NCBI GenBank assembly: GCA_040400605.1
Contig: JBBAPZ010000002.1
Coordinates: 1 to 64,000 of the forward strand
Source of the DNA: Candidatus Sericytochromatia bacterium
GTDB lineage: Bacteria; Cyanobacteriota; Sericytochromatia; S15B-MN24; JAQBPE01
Length of the DNA stretch: 64,000 nucleotides
Direction of reading: 5' to 3'
Notes under the pieces: model-generated
Seen by the model: only the letters and a program-made list of their open reading frames with translations
Told to the model about the DNA's origin: nothing
Databases searched by the model: none
Part shown: positions 9,885-20,596 of the stretch, piece by piece
How the letters are laid out: every line of letters starts with the position of its first letter
Position numbering within the stretch: position 1 is the stretch's first letter
Made by a program: the position numbers and the translations under genes

Positions 9885-10670
9885 TTAACGCGGGACATTT
9901 GCAGCGACGCCATTCGCACCGTAACGCCGCTCCCGCGCTTGATACGCCCTTAACGCGTCAAGAAAATGCACGTCACGAAACTCAGGCCACATCACGTCCG
10001 TGAAATAAAGCTCGGTATAGGCCAGTTGCCACAACATGTAGTTACTTATTCGTGATTCACCACTTGTTCGTATCAAAAGGTCGGGATCCGGTTGGTCCGC
10101 TGTATACAAAGCACCGGACACAAGCTGCTCATCAATCGCCTCAGGCGACAACTCACCCATCAATACACGCCGGGCAAGCTGCTGTGCCGCTCGCACCAAT
10201 TCCTGCCTGCCGCCATAATTCGCAGCAATATTCAGAATCAGACCACAATTGCCACCCGTGCGTTCCGCGGCAACGCGCGCCTGCCGCTGCAAGCTAGCTG
10301 GCAATCCCGCGACGTCGCCGATAAAACGTACCTGAACACCCTGCGCGTGCAATTCATCCAGTTCACGACGCAACGCATCTTCAATCAGCGTCATTAAAAA
10401 ATCAACTTCAGTGCCCGTGCGCCGCCAATTCTCCGTGGAAAATGCATACAGCGTCAGGTGCGGAATATCCAGTTCCCGACACAATCGCACCAAGAGCCGT
10501 ACGGTATCCACACCAGCACGATGCCCTTGGAACTGCGCCAGCAGGTTGCGCTTCGCCCAGCGACGGTTACCGTCAAGAATGACCGCCACATGACGCGGGA
10601 GGCGTTCGAAATCCAGACCGGGCCAGCGCTCTGGATCAAGGTTGGACTGCGAACGTGTCACCAAATTCAA
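9885..10670 (-). CDS. uppS: Undecaprenyl diphosphate synthase
   Basis: HVAVILDGNRRWA, YAFSTENWRR, NYGGRQE and IRTSGESRISNYMLWQ motifs. Confidence 0.97.
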   Translation of the reverse strand: MNLVTRSQSNLDPERWPGLDFERLPRHVAVILDGNRRWAKRNLLAQFQGHRAGVDTVRLLVRLCRELDIPHLTLYAFSTENWRRTGTEVDFLMTLIEDALRRELDELHAQGVQVRFIGDVAGLPASLQRQARVAAERTGGNCGLILNIAANYGGRQELVRAAQQLARRVLMGELSPEAIDEQLVSGALYTADQPDPDLLIRTSGESRISNYMLWQLAYTELYFTDVMWPEFRDVHFLDALRAYQARERRYGANGVAANVPR

Positions 10671-10944
10671 CCCCCATCAACACGACCAAGCCGCACATAA
10701 CCATCGTGCAGCGCTACTGCGGCTTCGCCTGGTGCGGGTTTCCAGCATAATCGTTGATCGCATGAAACACACGCTCGAAACAGCCCACCAACATAACAGG
10801 TTAAGGTACTTTTGTCCAGACCAAGACAACCGTCGGGTGTACTGGATTCTGGCTTCCGGCCTTGGACAGTTCACTGGATGCAATCCTGGAAATCAGGCCA
10901 TCGCCTTGTCAATTCACGGTTGCGGTGGCAGCCGCCGGAGCGTT

Positions 10945-11160
10945 TCAGGCATCCGTTGCAGGGTTGGCAACGCACGTGTTTGACCCGATGAGAGCCTGAT
11001 TCAGTTGTTTTGGCGGCGCCTGGATGGGGCGAGGTCCAGGGACCTGCGCGCCCGTCCGCACAAAGAGCCACAGGGCCACTGCCATCAGCACGGCGATGAG
11101 GGCAAACGGCCAATTGCTTTGTGGTGTCGGGGCACTATTTGGAAGGGAGTTGTTCGGCAT
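10945..11160 (-). CDS. Small membrane protein resembling the N-terminal transmembrane segment of CdaR/YbbR
   Basis: 71 aa overlapping the cdaA 3' end; NWPFALIAVLMAVALWLFV. Confidence 0.55.
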   Translation of the reverse strand: MPNNSLPNSAPTPQSNWPFALIAVLMAVALWLFVRTGAQVPGPRPIQAPPKQLNQALIGSNTCVANPATDA

Positions 11161-12007
11161 GATTTTTTTTACCCTGAAAGAGTGCTTGCAACGGTTGCGT
11201 TGTGTGATTGCGTTTGGGTTGAACAAACGCTTCGCGTAAAATTTCTTTTAGGGCTTCTTCATTGATGTGTCGCTTTAATTGACCGGAACTTGCAACGGAG
11301 ATGGTGCCACTCTCTTCCGAGACCACGATGGCGATGGCGTCGGTCGTTTCGGTCAAGCCAATTGCCGCGCGGTGGCGTGTGCCGAATTGTGAGCGGGTTC
11401 CGCCACGTTGACGCATGCCTTCAGATAGGGGCAAAACGGCGCCGGCCGCCGTGATGCGTTCGTTTTGAATGATCACGGCCCCATCGTGCAGGGGTGATGC
11501 TGGCACGAAAATTGTCGACAAGAGTTCGGCACTGATTACCCCATCGAGTACCGTCCCTGTCTCAATAAACTCGGCCAGGCCGGTGTGCCGCTCCAGAATG
11601 ATGAGCGCACCGATGCGCTGGCGCGATAAAAACCGAACGCTCGCGACCACTTCATCAAGTGCCCGCGGTGAGGTAACGGTTTTTTGAGGAAACCACAACT
11701 CGCCTCGAAAAAGTTCCCCCTGCCCGATGTGCGCCAGCGCACGCCGCAATTCCGGCTGAAATACCACAGGAATCGCAACGATGATGAGCGTCGCCATGCT
11801 TTGCACCAGCCACGTGATCGTATCGAGTTCTAACGCATGGCTGACCAGATAGGCCAGCAACAGCAACAGCATTCCCCGAAGCAATTGGACGGCCCGTGTG
11901 CCTTTGATGAGCAGAAACAGACGATAAAGGATGAAGCTGACCAGCACGATGTCTAAGATGTCTTGCCAGCGCAGGCTTGCGGAAAAAGCGGCCAAAGGAG
12001 GCAGCAT
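11135..12007 (-). CDS. cdaA: Diadenylate cyclase CdaA/DacA
   Basis: Three N-terminal transmembrane helices; FQPELRRAL, PLHDGAVII and GTRHRAA motifs. Confidence 0.97.
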   Translation of the reverse strand: MLPPLAAFSASLRWQDILDIVLVSFILYRLFLLIKGTRAVQLLRGMLLLLLAYLVSHALELDTITWLVQSMATLIIVAIPVVFQPELRRALAHIGQGELFRGELWFPQKTVTSPRALDEVVASVRFLSRQRIGALIILERHTGLAEFIETGTVLDGVISAELLSTIFVPASPLHDGAVIIQNERITAAGAVLPLSEGMRQRGGTRSQFGTRHRAAIGLTETTDAIAIVVSEESGTISVASSGQLKRHINEEALKEILREAFVQPKRNHTTQPLQALFQGKKNHAEQLPSK

Positions 12008-12008
12008 G

Positions 12009-13364
12009 TCAGCCTCCCGCTTTCAGGTGCGCGGGCAGGCGATCCAGTCGCATCAAATCATCGAGTGATTCGCGCTCAACAATCGTCACGGCCACACCAT
12101 CTCTGACCAACACCATGGCGGGCCGCCCACAACGGTTGTAAGTGCTTGCCATACTGTGGTTGTAGGCACCGGTGCCATAGACGACCACCGTTTCCCCCGC
12201 TTGTGGGGAGGGCAGCAGCGCATCTTTGATTAACACATCACCGGATTCGCAATAACGTCCCGCCAAGGTCACACGCTCCGGTGTACCGGTTTCGCGTTCA
12301 GCCAGTTCCGCTTGGTAGACCGCCCCATAGGTGATGGGTCGTGGATTGTCAGCCATTCCGCCATCCAGCATCACGTAACGCCTGATGCCTGGAACCACCT
12401 TGCTGTAGCCCACACGGTAAGCTGTTATGCCGGCCGTTCCGATGATCGATCGCCCCGGTTCAAGGACCAGCGCAGGCAACGGATATTGCCACTTTTCACA
12501 TTGCGCGACCACTGCCCGGGCGATCGCCGCAACCGCCTCCTCAATCGCAGGCGGCGCATCCTGGGCCTCATAAACAATCCCGAGACCACCACCAAGATCC
12601 AACTCGGCAGCCACCACCCCGTAACGCTCCCGCACCTCGGCAAGCAAGCGCACCATCACCGCTGCCGCTTCCTCAAACGCCCGCACATCAAAGATTTGTG
12701 AGCCGATATGCGCCTGCAGCCCCAGCCATTGCACCCGCGACTGAGACGCCAAACGCACGAGTGCCTGATCCAACTGCCCGCTTCCCAGATCAAGACCGAA
12801 CTTGGAATCCTCTTTCCCCGTCTGGATGAATTCATGGGTGTGCGCTTCAATTCCCGGCGCCACGCGCAACAATATCTTCGTCGTTACACCCAGCGACTCG
12901 GTCAGTTCCAGTACCGCATCCAGTTCATCCAAATTATCAACGTTGATACGCCCAACACCCGCTTCAAGCCCCATGACAAGCTCGCCACGAGGCTTGTTGT
13001 TGCCCTGCATCACCAACGCTGACGCCGGCACCCCCGCTTTCAACGCGGTCATCATCTCGCCCGCGGATACGACATCTAAACCCAACCCCTCCTGGTGCAC
13101 CAACGCGGCGATCGCCATCGTGCAATGCGACTTGCTCGCGAACAGGACCCGCGAGGCGCCAGGATAATGCACTTTCAACGCCGATTGATAACGCCGGCAC
13201 GCCACCCGTACGTCCTGTTCATCCACAATATACAAAGGGGTGCCATGAATGCGTGCCAGGTCTGTAACATCACAGCCGCCAACAAACAAGCGCCCCTCGC
13301 TCGAACGTGAGCACGTCAATGGCTTGAGACAGGGCTTGGGAGCAGTCTGTGGGTCTGGCATCAA
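12009..13364 (-). CDS. lysA: Diaminopimelate decarboxylase
   Basis: GTPLYIVD, FASKS, DSKFG, HIGSQI, EPGRS, CESGD and GAYNHSMAS motifs. Confidence 0.97.
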   Translation of the reverse strand: MMPDPQTAPKPCLKPLTCSRSSEGRLFVGGCDVTDLARIHGTPLYIVDEQDVRVACRRYQSALKVHYPGASRVLFASKSHCTMAIAALVHQEGLGLDVVSAGEMMTALKAGVPASALVMQGNNKPRGELVMGLEAGVGRINVDNLDELDAVLELTESLGVTTKILLRVAPGIEAHTHEFIQTGKEDSKFGLDLGSGQLDQALVRLASQSRVQWLGLQAHIGSQIFDVRAFEEAAAVMVRLLAEVRERYGVVAAELDLGGGLGIVYEAQDAPPAIEEAVAAIARAVVAQCEKWQYPLPALVLEPGRSIIGTAGITAYRVGYSKVVPGIRRYVMLDGGMADNPRPITYGAVYQAELAERETGTPERVTLAGRYCESGDVLIKDALLPSPQAGETVVVYGTGAYNHSMASTYNRCGRPAMVLVRDGVAVTIVERESLDDLMRLDRLPAHLKAGG

Positions 13365-13746
13365 ACTGGTGACGTCACCGGATCGCGGGGGTGCAACAGA
13401 ATTATCGGGAGTTGATGATGTCCCGCGCTTTCACATCTCCTGACGCGCAATCGTTTCACACGACGAGCGCTATGGAAATTCGAGGCAATGGATGAATTGC
13501 CACCCGTTGCGTCGTTGTCGGTGCGGGGAAGCGAACAAAGACAGCCCCAGTATAGCATGGCTGTCAGGCGATTGATGGTCGTTTTGGTTTATTTTGACTT
13601 TTCAGGTCTGACCGGTCCAGAATGAGTCGTGTTTTTAAATGCCTCGCGGGCGAGGGCAGCCGGTGAGCTGCCGGGCGGAGTGTGCATTCACAAAGGCTTG
13701 GGCACCGCGTGGTGGAAGGATTTGGTTCGCAACAGGAGAAATGGTG

Positions 13747-14220
13747 ATGCAGCACATTCACGGTCATTTGGTGGTTCCTGCCGGTGTTCGCTTTGCGGTG
13801 GTGCTGGGGCGTTTCAACGAATTGATAGGGTCGCGACTGCTCTCGGGTTTTGAGGATGCGATCGTTCGCCACGGCGGCTCATCCGATGCGATCGACGTTT
13901 ACTGGGTGCCGGGTGCTTTTGAGCTACCGGTGGTGGCCAAGAGATTGGCCTCATCCGGGCGTTACGCCAGCGTTACGGCACTAGGCGCCGTGATCCGCGG
14001 TGCGACACCCCATTTTGATTACGTGGCAGCCGAGGCAGCCAAGGGCATTCAAAACGCAGCCCTCGCAACCGGCGTGCCGGTGATCTTTGGCGTTTTGACG
14101 ACCGATACCATCGAACAGGCCATCGAACGGGCTGGCACCAAGGGCGGCAACAAGGGCTGGGAAGCAGGATGTACCGCCATCGAGATGACCCACTTGATGC
14201 AGCAAATCGGTTCCACCTAA
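13747..14220 (+). CDS. ribH: 6,7-dimethyl-8-ribityllumazine synthase
   Basis: [23 protein letters not shown] and [10 protein letters not shown] motifs; RBS aggag. Confidence 0.97.
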   Translation: MQHIHGHLVVPAGVRFAVVLGRFNELIGSRLLSGFEDAIVRHGGSSDAIDVYWVPGAFELPVVAKRLASSGRYASVTALGAVIRGATPHFDYVAAEAAKGIQNAALATGVPVIFGVLTTDTIEQAIERAGTKGGNKGWEAGCTAIEMTHLMQQIGST

Positions 14221-14543
14221 CCACGCTTTGACAACTCATAAAACCAAAAATGCCCAGCGAGACCTCGTGGGCACAACATCCCGTCTGAAATCGACGTGTT
14301 GGGATGATTGGTTGGGTTTGGGTGTGAAAAACGTTTGGTGCCCGTCTTACCCGGATGGGCGCGCAACACTGTTGTGGTGTTTCTGTGAGTTTATTTTGCC
14401 TGTCAAGAGAAATTGCGCGATTTGGGTATCGAAGTTTGGCAAGGGCGATGGAATGAACCCCTTGTTGGGGTAGAATAGGACCAAGAAAAAGTGGCGGTCG
14501 CGGCAGGGGCCGTGACGATTGTTTCGGGAAGGTATCGACGCGT

Positions 14544-15416
14544 ATGGTCCGTGACCACCTTATCAAGGCAACTGCAGCTGGCGGGCGCATTCGGGCCGTT
14601 GCAATTCGTACGACTGATCTGGCAGAGGAGGCTCGCAGGCGGCATGATCTCTCGCCGACGGCCGCAGCGGCGCTCGGCAAGGCGATGACGGGCGCGTTGC
14701 TGTTGAGTGCAACCTTACGCAAGTCGGGTCGGCTCAACGTTCGCATCGGCGGCAAAGGGCCACTTGGGGGTTTGCTTATTGATGCGGGGACCGATGGTAG
14801 TGTGCGCGGATACTGCGGAAATCCGCAGCTGGATTTGCCGCTGAGGGCGGATGGTCTCTTGAACGTTGGCGCCGCAGTTGGGCGGGATGGTTTTCTGTCC
14901 GTCACTTATGACCTTGGCCGTCGGCCGTACACGGGTACAGTGGCCTTGGTGTCGGGTGAGCTGGGCGACGATTTTACGGCTTATCTGGCGCACTCGGAAC
15001 AGATCCCCTCAGCCGTCAGCCTGGGAATTTTCGTTGAGAATGGTCGGGTATGTTCAGCGGGCGGCATTCTGGTGCAACTGATGCCTGATGCTGGCGATGA
15101 AATCGCGGAGCGTCTGGAACAGACGGTGTTGACAATGCCGACTTTCACGGCATTGGATCGCGAACGCGTGGGCCTCGTTCAGATTCTGGAGCGGGCTTTA
15201 GCCGGCTTCAAGGTTGATATCCTGCAGGAGGACCAAGACGTTTACTTTGCCTGTCGTTGTGATCACAAACGGGTGCTGGATGCCATACGCATCCTTGGAC
15301 CGGAGGAGATTCAGGACATGATCGCCAAAGACGGCCAAGCAGAAGTGCGTTGCCATTTTTGTAACACACTGTATCAAATTGACCGCAGCCAACTGGAGGC
15401 CATGCTTAATCTTTGA
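14544..15416 (+). CDS. hslO: Hsp33 redox-regulated chaperone
   Basis: SEQIPSA, AGGILVQLMP; CRC...CHFC zinc site. Confidence 0.96.
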   Translation: MVRDHLIKATAAGGRIRAVAIRTTDLAEEARRRHDLSPTAAAALGKAMTGALLLSATLRKSGRLNVRIGGKGPLGGLLIDAGTDGSVRGYCGNPQLDLPLRADGLLNVGAAVGRDGFLSVTYDLGRRPYTGTVALVSGELGDDFTAYLAHSEQIPSAVSLGIFVENGRVCSAGGILVQLMPDAGDEIAERLEQTVLTMPTFTALDRERVGLVQILERALAGFKVDILQEDQDVYFACRCDHKRVLDAIRILGPEEIQDMIAKDGQAEVRCHFCNTLYQIDRSQLEAMLNL

Positions 15417-15462
15417 AAAAAAAAGTCAAAAAGGGTGGTCACCCGATAGAAGGGAACCACCC
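15416..15462 (-). terminator. Rho-independent terminator after rpmB
   Basis: gggtggt...accaccc stem followed on the minus strand by T-tracts. Confidence 0.7.
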
Positions 15463-15485
15463 AAACTGTCCGGTCTAAAAAAACT

Positions 15486-15680
15486 TTAGACTGCGCGAAC
15501 GACCTTACCGGCTTTCAGGCAGGACGTGCATACTTGAAGCTTGCGGACCAAGCCCGGCTTGATCAAGGCACGAACACTCTGCAAGTTCGGCATCCAACGC
15601 CGGTTGGTTTTGACATTCGAGTGACTGACATTGTGGCCGGTAGCCGGACCCTTGTCGCAAACGCTACAACGCTTAGACAC
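15486..15680 (-). CDS. rpmB: 50S ribosomal protein L28
   Basis: [34 protein letters not shown]...VCTSCLK; GTG start with RBS ggagg. Confidence 0.97.
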   Translation of the reverse strand: MSKRCSVCDKGPATGHNVSHSNVKTNRRWMPNLQSVRALIKPGLVRKLQVCTSCLKAGKVVRAV

Positions 15681-15944
15681 GGTAAGAACCTCCAAAACTG
15701 GCGATGATGATATGAAGCAAGAATCAAATTTACCATCACTTAACCTGCTTGACAAGTCGTTGGGTCTGACCGAAAGGCGGCCGTGCCGACATCGACCCCC
15801 GCTGGCGCTGACGCGGATGCTGTTGGCGGGAGGGCCTGCACTTTCGCCCTGCTTGCCTGGCATTGCGCGGTGTAATCTGTGGGCGGGAAACCCGTCGCTG
15901 CGTTTGTTGTCCGCTGGCTTCCCGTTTGGAATGGTGTGGTGGCG

Positions 15945-16670
15945 ATGGCTGTTTTAACCGTGATCAACGCGGGCAATACCGTGGTGCGTGTGGTGGCAAT
16001 GACCTTGGATCACCGTGTTGTGTCCGATGAGCGCCATGCGACTTCGGAGGTGTTGCAAAACGGTTTGAACAGGTCTGTGCTTGTCGGTCCGCTTGTATTG
16101 GTGTCTGTGGTCCCTCGTATCACGGAATGTTTGCGTGGGTATGCCGAGTTGTGGGAGTTGACGGCATGCGCCGTGTCTTGTGTCGTGGCTTACAATCCCC
16201 CCGGTTCTTTGGGTGCCGACCGTTTGGCCAATGCCATCGCCTTGCTCGGACGTCGCCAGTTTGGCGTCGTCATCGATTGTGGTACTGCAACAACCTTCAC
16301 GGTGGTCAACCCGGAAGGCATTATACTTGGTGGCGCGATCATGCCAGGCCTTGGCACGATGCGTGACAGCCTCGCCAAGCGCACCGCGCAACTACCATCT
16401 GTGGCGCTTGAAGTGCCAACAGCGCACTGGGGTTGCGACACGACGACGTCGATGCAAATCGGCATTTTGCAAGGACACCTCGGTGCCATCTCTCATCTCG
16501 CTTCCCGGATGCTTCAGGCTTTGCCTGCGGGTGGTCAACTGGTGTTGACCGGTGGTTGGTCACGTCTTTTGACCCCTCACCTTCACTTGCCGCACGTGTG
16601 CGCCCCCGATTTGACCATCGAGGGCGCAGCGCTTGCCTGGTCCGCGTTCAGGCTCAGTTCAGGAAATTGA
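15945..16670 (+). CDS. coaX: Type III pantothenate kinase
   Basis: [35 protein letters not shown] and LTGG motifs. Confidence 0.9.
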   Translation: MAVLTVINAGNTVVRVVAMTLDHRVVSDERHATSEVLQNGLNRSVLVGPLVLVSVVPRITECLRGYAELWELTACAVSCVVAYNPPGSLGADRLANAIALLGRRQFGVVIDCGTATTFTVVNPEGIILGGAIMPGLGTMRDSLAKRTAQLPSVALEVPTAHWGCDTTTSMQIGILQGHLGAISHLASRMLQALPAGGQLVLTGGWSRLLTPHLHLPHVCAPDLTIEGAALAWSAFRLSSGN

Positions 16671-18429
16671 CCACTTGGTTCATCTTGAGACCAAGGTGAA
16701 GCATCAACCGGTTTTGTGCATCGTCGAGATCGATTTGCGTGATGTCTCGAATGCGTTCCAACCGATATTTCAAGGTGTTGCGATGGATGAAGAGTTTCGC
16801 GGATGTCTCCGTCAAATTGCCATTGCAATCCAGGAAGGCTTCGATGGTTTTGACCAGCTCTTTGTCTGTTTGCTGGTTGTAATCGATCAACCGCTGCAAC
16901 GGCTCACAGCAAAACGCCTGCGGATCCTGATTTTGTGAAAACAGCAACAACATGCGGTAAATTCCCAGATCCTTGAAGAAACTGACCTGACACGACCCTT
17001 GTAAACTCTGACCGATTTTCAAGGCATGGCCCGCTGCCGTGAAAGCCCTCGGTATCCCCAACAAACCCGCACTCGGCTCGGACACACCGACGTTAAAGGA
17101 ACGTCCCGGCCACGCAGCCAACAGCTTTTGCCTGATGGCCAATGCCAAGTGTTGCAACTTCTCAAAGTGCGGTTGACCTTCCTTGATGGGATACAAAACG
17201 GTCGCACCTTGCGCCTGCTGCACCACTAACGCCTGTCTGAAACTCAATTGGGCACTCAGCAGACCCATCAAACGAGCCGCATCCTCGTGCGTCACGCCCT
17301 CTTCGTCCGCACCATCGACAAATTCGATCTGCATCACCCAGTAGGCAGTATCCAAAGCATAGCCCAAGTAATTGGCACGCCTGCGAATGGCCTCAAGATG
17401 CGTGGGACTCGATGCCAACAACAAATCTCGAAAGAAATCACGGCGCATGCGCTGATCCGAATCACTGGCACCCCGTAACTTCAACAACTCAATCGCCACC
17501 GCAAAAAGACCCGCCTCCAACAAATCCTCCGGCAATGACTCATCCACGCCATCACTGAGAATCGAAAAATACCCCAGTACATCACCTTCCATCACCACCG
17601 GATGAATCGTGCGTGTTTTCCCGTTCACGACGACATGAGCCGTACGCTGGTCCCCACGAACCCGACGCAACGTCCCATCCGATTCCCAAGCCTGCACCTG
17701 CTGCACCGGTGTTCCTTTGTGCTGCAACAATTCATCGAAATACGGCTCGTGAACCTGGTCATGTGTTGATAGCGCCAACAGACCAAAGAGACGATCCTCC
17801 ACGAATACACTGCGCTCCAACTGACGCGACAGATAACCGGTGATGGCCTCCATGCCGTCCCCGGTGGAGACAAGCTTTAACAAGGAGCGATGGGCATCAG
17901 TGACGTGGCGTGTGGATTGTGAACACCCTTCGGCGATCGCCCCCTCCAGCGGGTCAAGCAACTTACGCATGTGCACCGGATCCGCCATCACCAATACGGG
18001 AAAATTACGCTTGGCTGCAACCTGCAATGCATCATCCGGTATCAACTGCACGAAACGACTCGCCAACACCACAACCCCCGACGCCCCTGAATCATCAAGA
18101 CCGCTCAAAAAATTAATCCATCGACTTGAATCATCACCAAGTAGGCAGCCCGTCGTAAATACCAATTCACCACCCGTCAACCAACCCACCGCATCCGGCA
18201 ACTCCAAAGGCATGACCCGCCCAACCAGACGCTCCAAGCCCGACTCACCCGCCAAAACAGATGCGGCACCCATCACCGGCACCAACAACAACGATCGCAA
18301 ACTCATTCCGACAATACCAGCCCCACGCGCGGCATCAACCACCGCACGCCCCACCGATGTTTCAACACACGCAGGCACCCGCGCCGCCGTCTGTACCTGA
18401 TTTCCAACCATCCGCTGAGTCATTGCCAC
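16654..18429 (-). CDS. PucR/CdaR-family transcriptional regulator (start uncertain)
   Basis: WLTGGELVFTTG N-terminal domain; NGNLTETSAKLFIHRNTLKYRLERI helix-turn-helix. Confidence 0.92.
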   Translation of the reverse strand: MAMTQRMVGNQVQTAARVPACVETSVGRAVVDAARGAGIVGMSLRSLLLVPVMGAASVLAGESGLERLVGRVMPLELPDAVGWLTGGELVFTTGCLLGDDSSRWINFLSGLDDSGASGVVVLASRFVQLIPDDALQVAAKRNFPVLVMADPVHMRKLLDPLEGAIAEGCSQSTRHVTDAHRSLLKLVSTGDGMEAITGYLSRQLERSVFVEDRLFGLLALSTHDQVHEPYFDELLQHKGTPVQQVQAWESDGTLRRVRGDQRTAHVVVNGKTRTIHPVVMEGDVLGYFSILSDGVDESLPEDLLEAGLFAVAIELLKLRGASDSDQRMRRDFFRDLLLASSPTHLEAIRRRANYLGYALDTAYWVMQIEFVDGADEEGVTHEDAARLMGLLSAQLSFRQALVVQQAQGATVLYPIKEGQPHFEKLQHLALAIRQKLLAAWPGRSFNVGVSEPSAGLLGIPRAFTAAGHALKIGQSLQGSCQVSFFKDLGIYRMLLLFSQNQDPQAFCCEPLQRLIDYNQQTDKELVKTIEAFLDCNGNLTETSAKLFIHRNTLKYRLERIRDITQIDLDDAQNRLMLHLGLKMNQVVNFLN

Positions 18430-18672
18430 CCCTCCATTTTTTACTGCCAGGTCACCAACACAACATGTTCAGTGCGCTGTAACTCAATGTAAAGTTTTGT
18501 AACGGTGGCAAGCTTAATATAATTTAACATAACATGCAACCCTTTTTTTTAAAAAAGTTAAAAAGACAAATGAGCGAATCTCGCTCATTTGTCCGCAGTA
18601 AAAATTTCAATCGGTCAATTGGCAGTCAGGGCGCTGATTTCGGCTTGTTGTTTGGAGCGCCTGATGTTTGGA

Positions 18673-20067
18673 TCAGTTTTCAAGGCTGTTCTGCCCGATG
18701 GTTGCGATTTGGTTGGTTGTAAAGAAGTCTTCGAGGCCGGAGGCGATGGCTGTTGCCATTTGGTTTTGGAAAGAGGGGTCGATCAGTTTATTTGCCTCGT
18801 CGGGGTTGGAGATGAAGCCTGTCTCGAGCAGGATGGACGGCACGCGCGTGTGGCGCAAGACGTAGAGTTGCTCCTGTTTGACACCTCTGTTTTGATGTTT
18901 GAAGCGTGCGGCTGCGTGGTTGTGAATGAGTTCTGCAAATTTTTGGGAGGTGGGCTCGCGATAGAAGGTTTCGAATCCGCTGGCTGCACTGGTGGTGTGC
19001 GAATTGACATGAAGGCTGACGAAGGCGTCAGCACCGATGGTGTCGATCATCCGCAAGCGTGGTTCAAGCAGCAATTCCGCGTCGGTGGAGCGGGTCAATA
19101 CGGCATTGATGCCACGCTGCAACAGCGAAAACTTGAGCATTTTGGCAATTCCCAAGCATACGTCTTTTTCCGAGCGGCCTTGAGGACCGATGGCCCCGGG
19201 GTCACTACCACCGTGTCCGGGATCAATCAGAATCAAGGGTGCACCCGCAAATCGCCTCGGGTTTTCTTTCGTCCAGATCAGTACCATCCGTTGTTGTTGT
19301 GATTCGATGCGCTGATCCAAATTATAAACACCGGGTGCGAGCGTCACCTTCAATGTCCAGCCGCCACGCGGTTTTGCCACGCGTTCGAAACGTTGAAAAA
19401 TGCTGTCTGGGGTGGGCAATGCACCTTTGAACATTTCCCCTTGCAAGTGGATATCCAAATGGGTGGCATCCACTTGCGCGAGCACCGGTCGCAAATGCTG
19501 CAGGCCGCCGAAGCTTAACTCGGCTTCTTCACCTGTTTCACGGGCGAAAATGCCGTGGGTGACTTTCGGGGGTGGCGGTGTTTCGGGTTGGTTGATCAAC
19601 GCGGCAAGTTCCTGCCGATTCTGGTGCGACGCGCTGACCACAAGATCCTGTTTGCCCCGCAGACTGATGACCTGAAAGGGCACGACATCCTGGCAATCAA
19701 CCACCACGCGAATCCCACCAGATGGTGTACGGGCGATTCTGATCCGCTGAATGACCGGATCGTTGATCGCGATGGTTCGCGCCATGCGCGGATTCGCCAA
19801 AGTGGCTGTCGGGAGATCCAAGACGAAACGGGTCGGCTTGCTCAGCCACGATATGTCGGGTGCCAAGGCTGCATCGGCGCTCACGTGAAGGCCGAAATTT
19901 CGCCAGTCAATCTGATGAATGACAGGGCCCACAGGTGCGCCAGCGGCGGCGCGAGGCGCAAGACCAAGCAGCACGATGCCAAGCAACAACCACAAGACCG
20001 TAGCGACGACGCGATAACAGCCGCCGGCCCATTGTGTTCTAGGTTGTGTGCCGGAATTGGATGCCAC
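18673..20067 (-). CDS. N-acetylmuramoyl-L-alanine amidase (AMIN plus Amidase_3 domains)
   Basis: PTRFVLDL AMIN segment; IDPGHGGSDPGA, EKDVCL, FVSLHVNS and LLETGFISN motifs. Confidence 0.93.
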   Translation of the reverse strand: MASNSGTQPRTQWAGGCYRVVATVLWLLLGIVLLGLAPRAAAGAPVGPVIHQIDWRNFGLHVSADAALAPDISWLSKPTRFVLDLPTATLANPRMARTIAINDPVIQRIRIARTPSGGIRVVVDCQDVVPFQVISLRGKQDLVVSASHQNRQELAALINQPETPPPPKVTHGIFARETGEEAELSFGGLQHLRPVLAQVDATHLDIHLQGEMFKGALPTPDSIFQRFERVAKPRGGWTLKVTLAPGVYNLDQRIESQQQRMVLIWTKENPRRFAGAPLILIDPGHGGSDPGAIGPQGRSEKDVCLGIAKMLKFSLLQRGINAVLTRSTDAELLLEPRLRMIDTIGADAFVSLHVNSHTTSAASGFETFYREPTSQKFAELIHNHAAARFKHQNRGVKQEQLYVLRHTRVPSILLETGFISNPDEANKLIDPSFQNQMATAIASGLEDFFTTNQIATIGQNSLEN

Positions 20068-20596
20068 CCCGATAAGTTTCCTTTTCAGCTCAGTCTCGGC
20101 GCCCGGGAACCGTCGACGGTTAGCAGTCTAGCCGCGTACGCAGCGCGAAACAGTGACCGTTACACCATTCGCACGGGTGAACGGTGTTTTGGACGACAAA
20201 CTTGAGTTGCCCAGATGGCGTTGGCATCGTCAGGAAGGCAACCGTCTGGTGGGCAGCTTGCGAGGACTTGTGTGGCAGCGCAGATGAGCGCTCTCAATCC
20301 CGAATGCGGGTGTTGCCACCGTGCATTGCGTTCATTTAACTCGTCAAGCGACACGAAGATGAACAAAACGGTGTTGTGATAAGATGAAAGCGGTACTGTT
20401 CCATTTCGACATCGCTCGGGTCTTCTGCCGATAACTGGGTTGAGAAACGCGCTTTTGTGCGTTGCTGTCAAGAGAATCCCGCAAGGGAGCGTCTGGTTCA
20501 AGGTGCCGAGTGGCGTCAACTGATGGCAGATGGGATTCGAGTCGATGCCCTGTGGGCACAGTTTTGTGTAGCCAATGCGACGGGAGGAGAATAACG

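Noticed and set aside
13365..13746. FMN riboswitch (ribH) or lysine riboswitch (lysA)
   Set aside because: I could not find the conserved core motifs of either, only a short ggcagc/gctgcc hairpin.
18459..18470. Second SOS box upstream of the PucR regulator
   Set aside because: Only the acatGTTC half matches; the left GAAC is absent.
20204..20259. SRP RNA
   Set aside because: It lacks the CAGG-x-CCGGAAGG-AGCAG domain IV signature; only a partial caggaagg is present.
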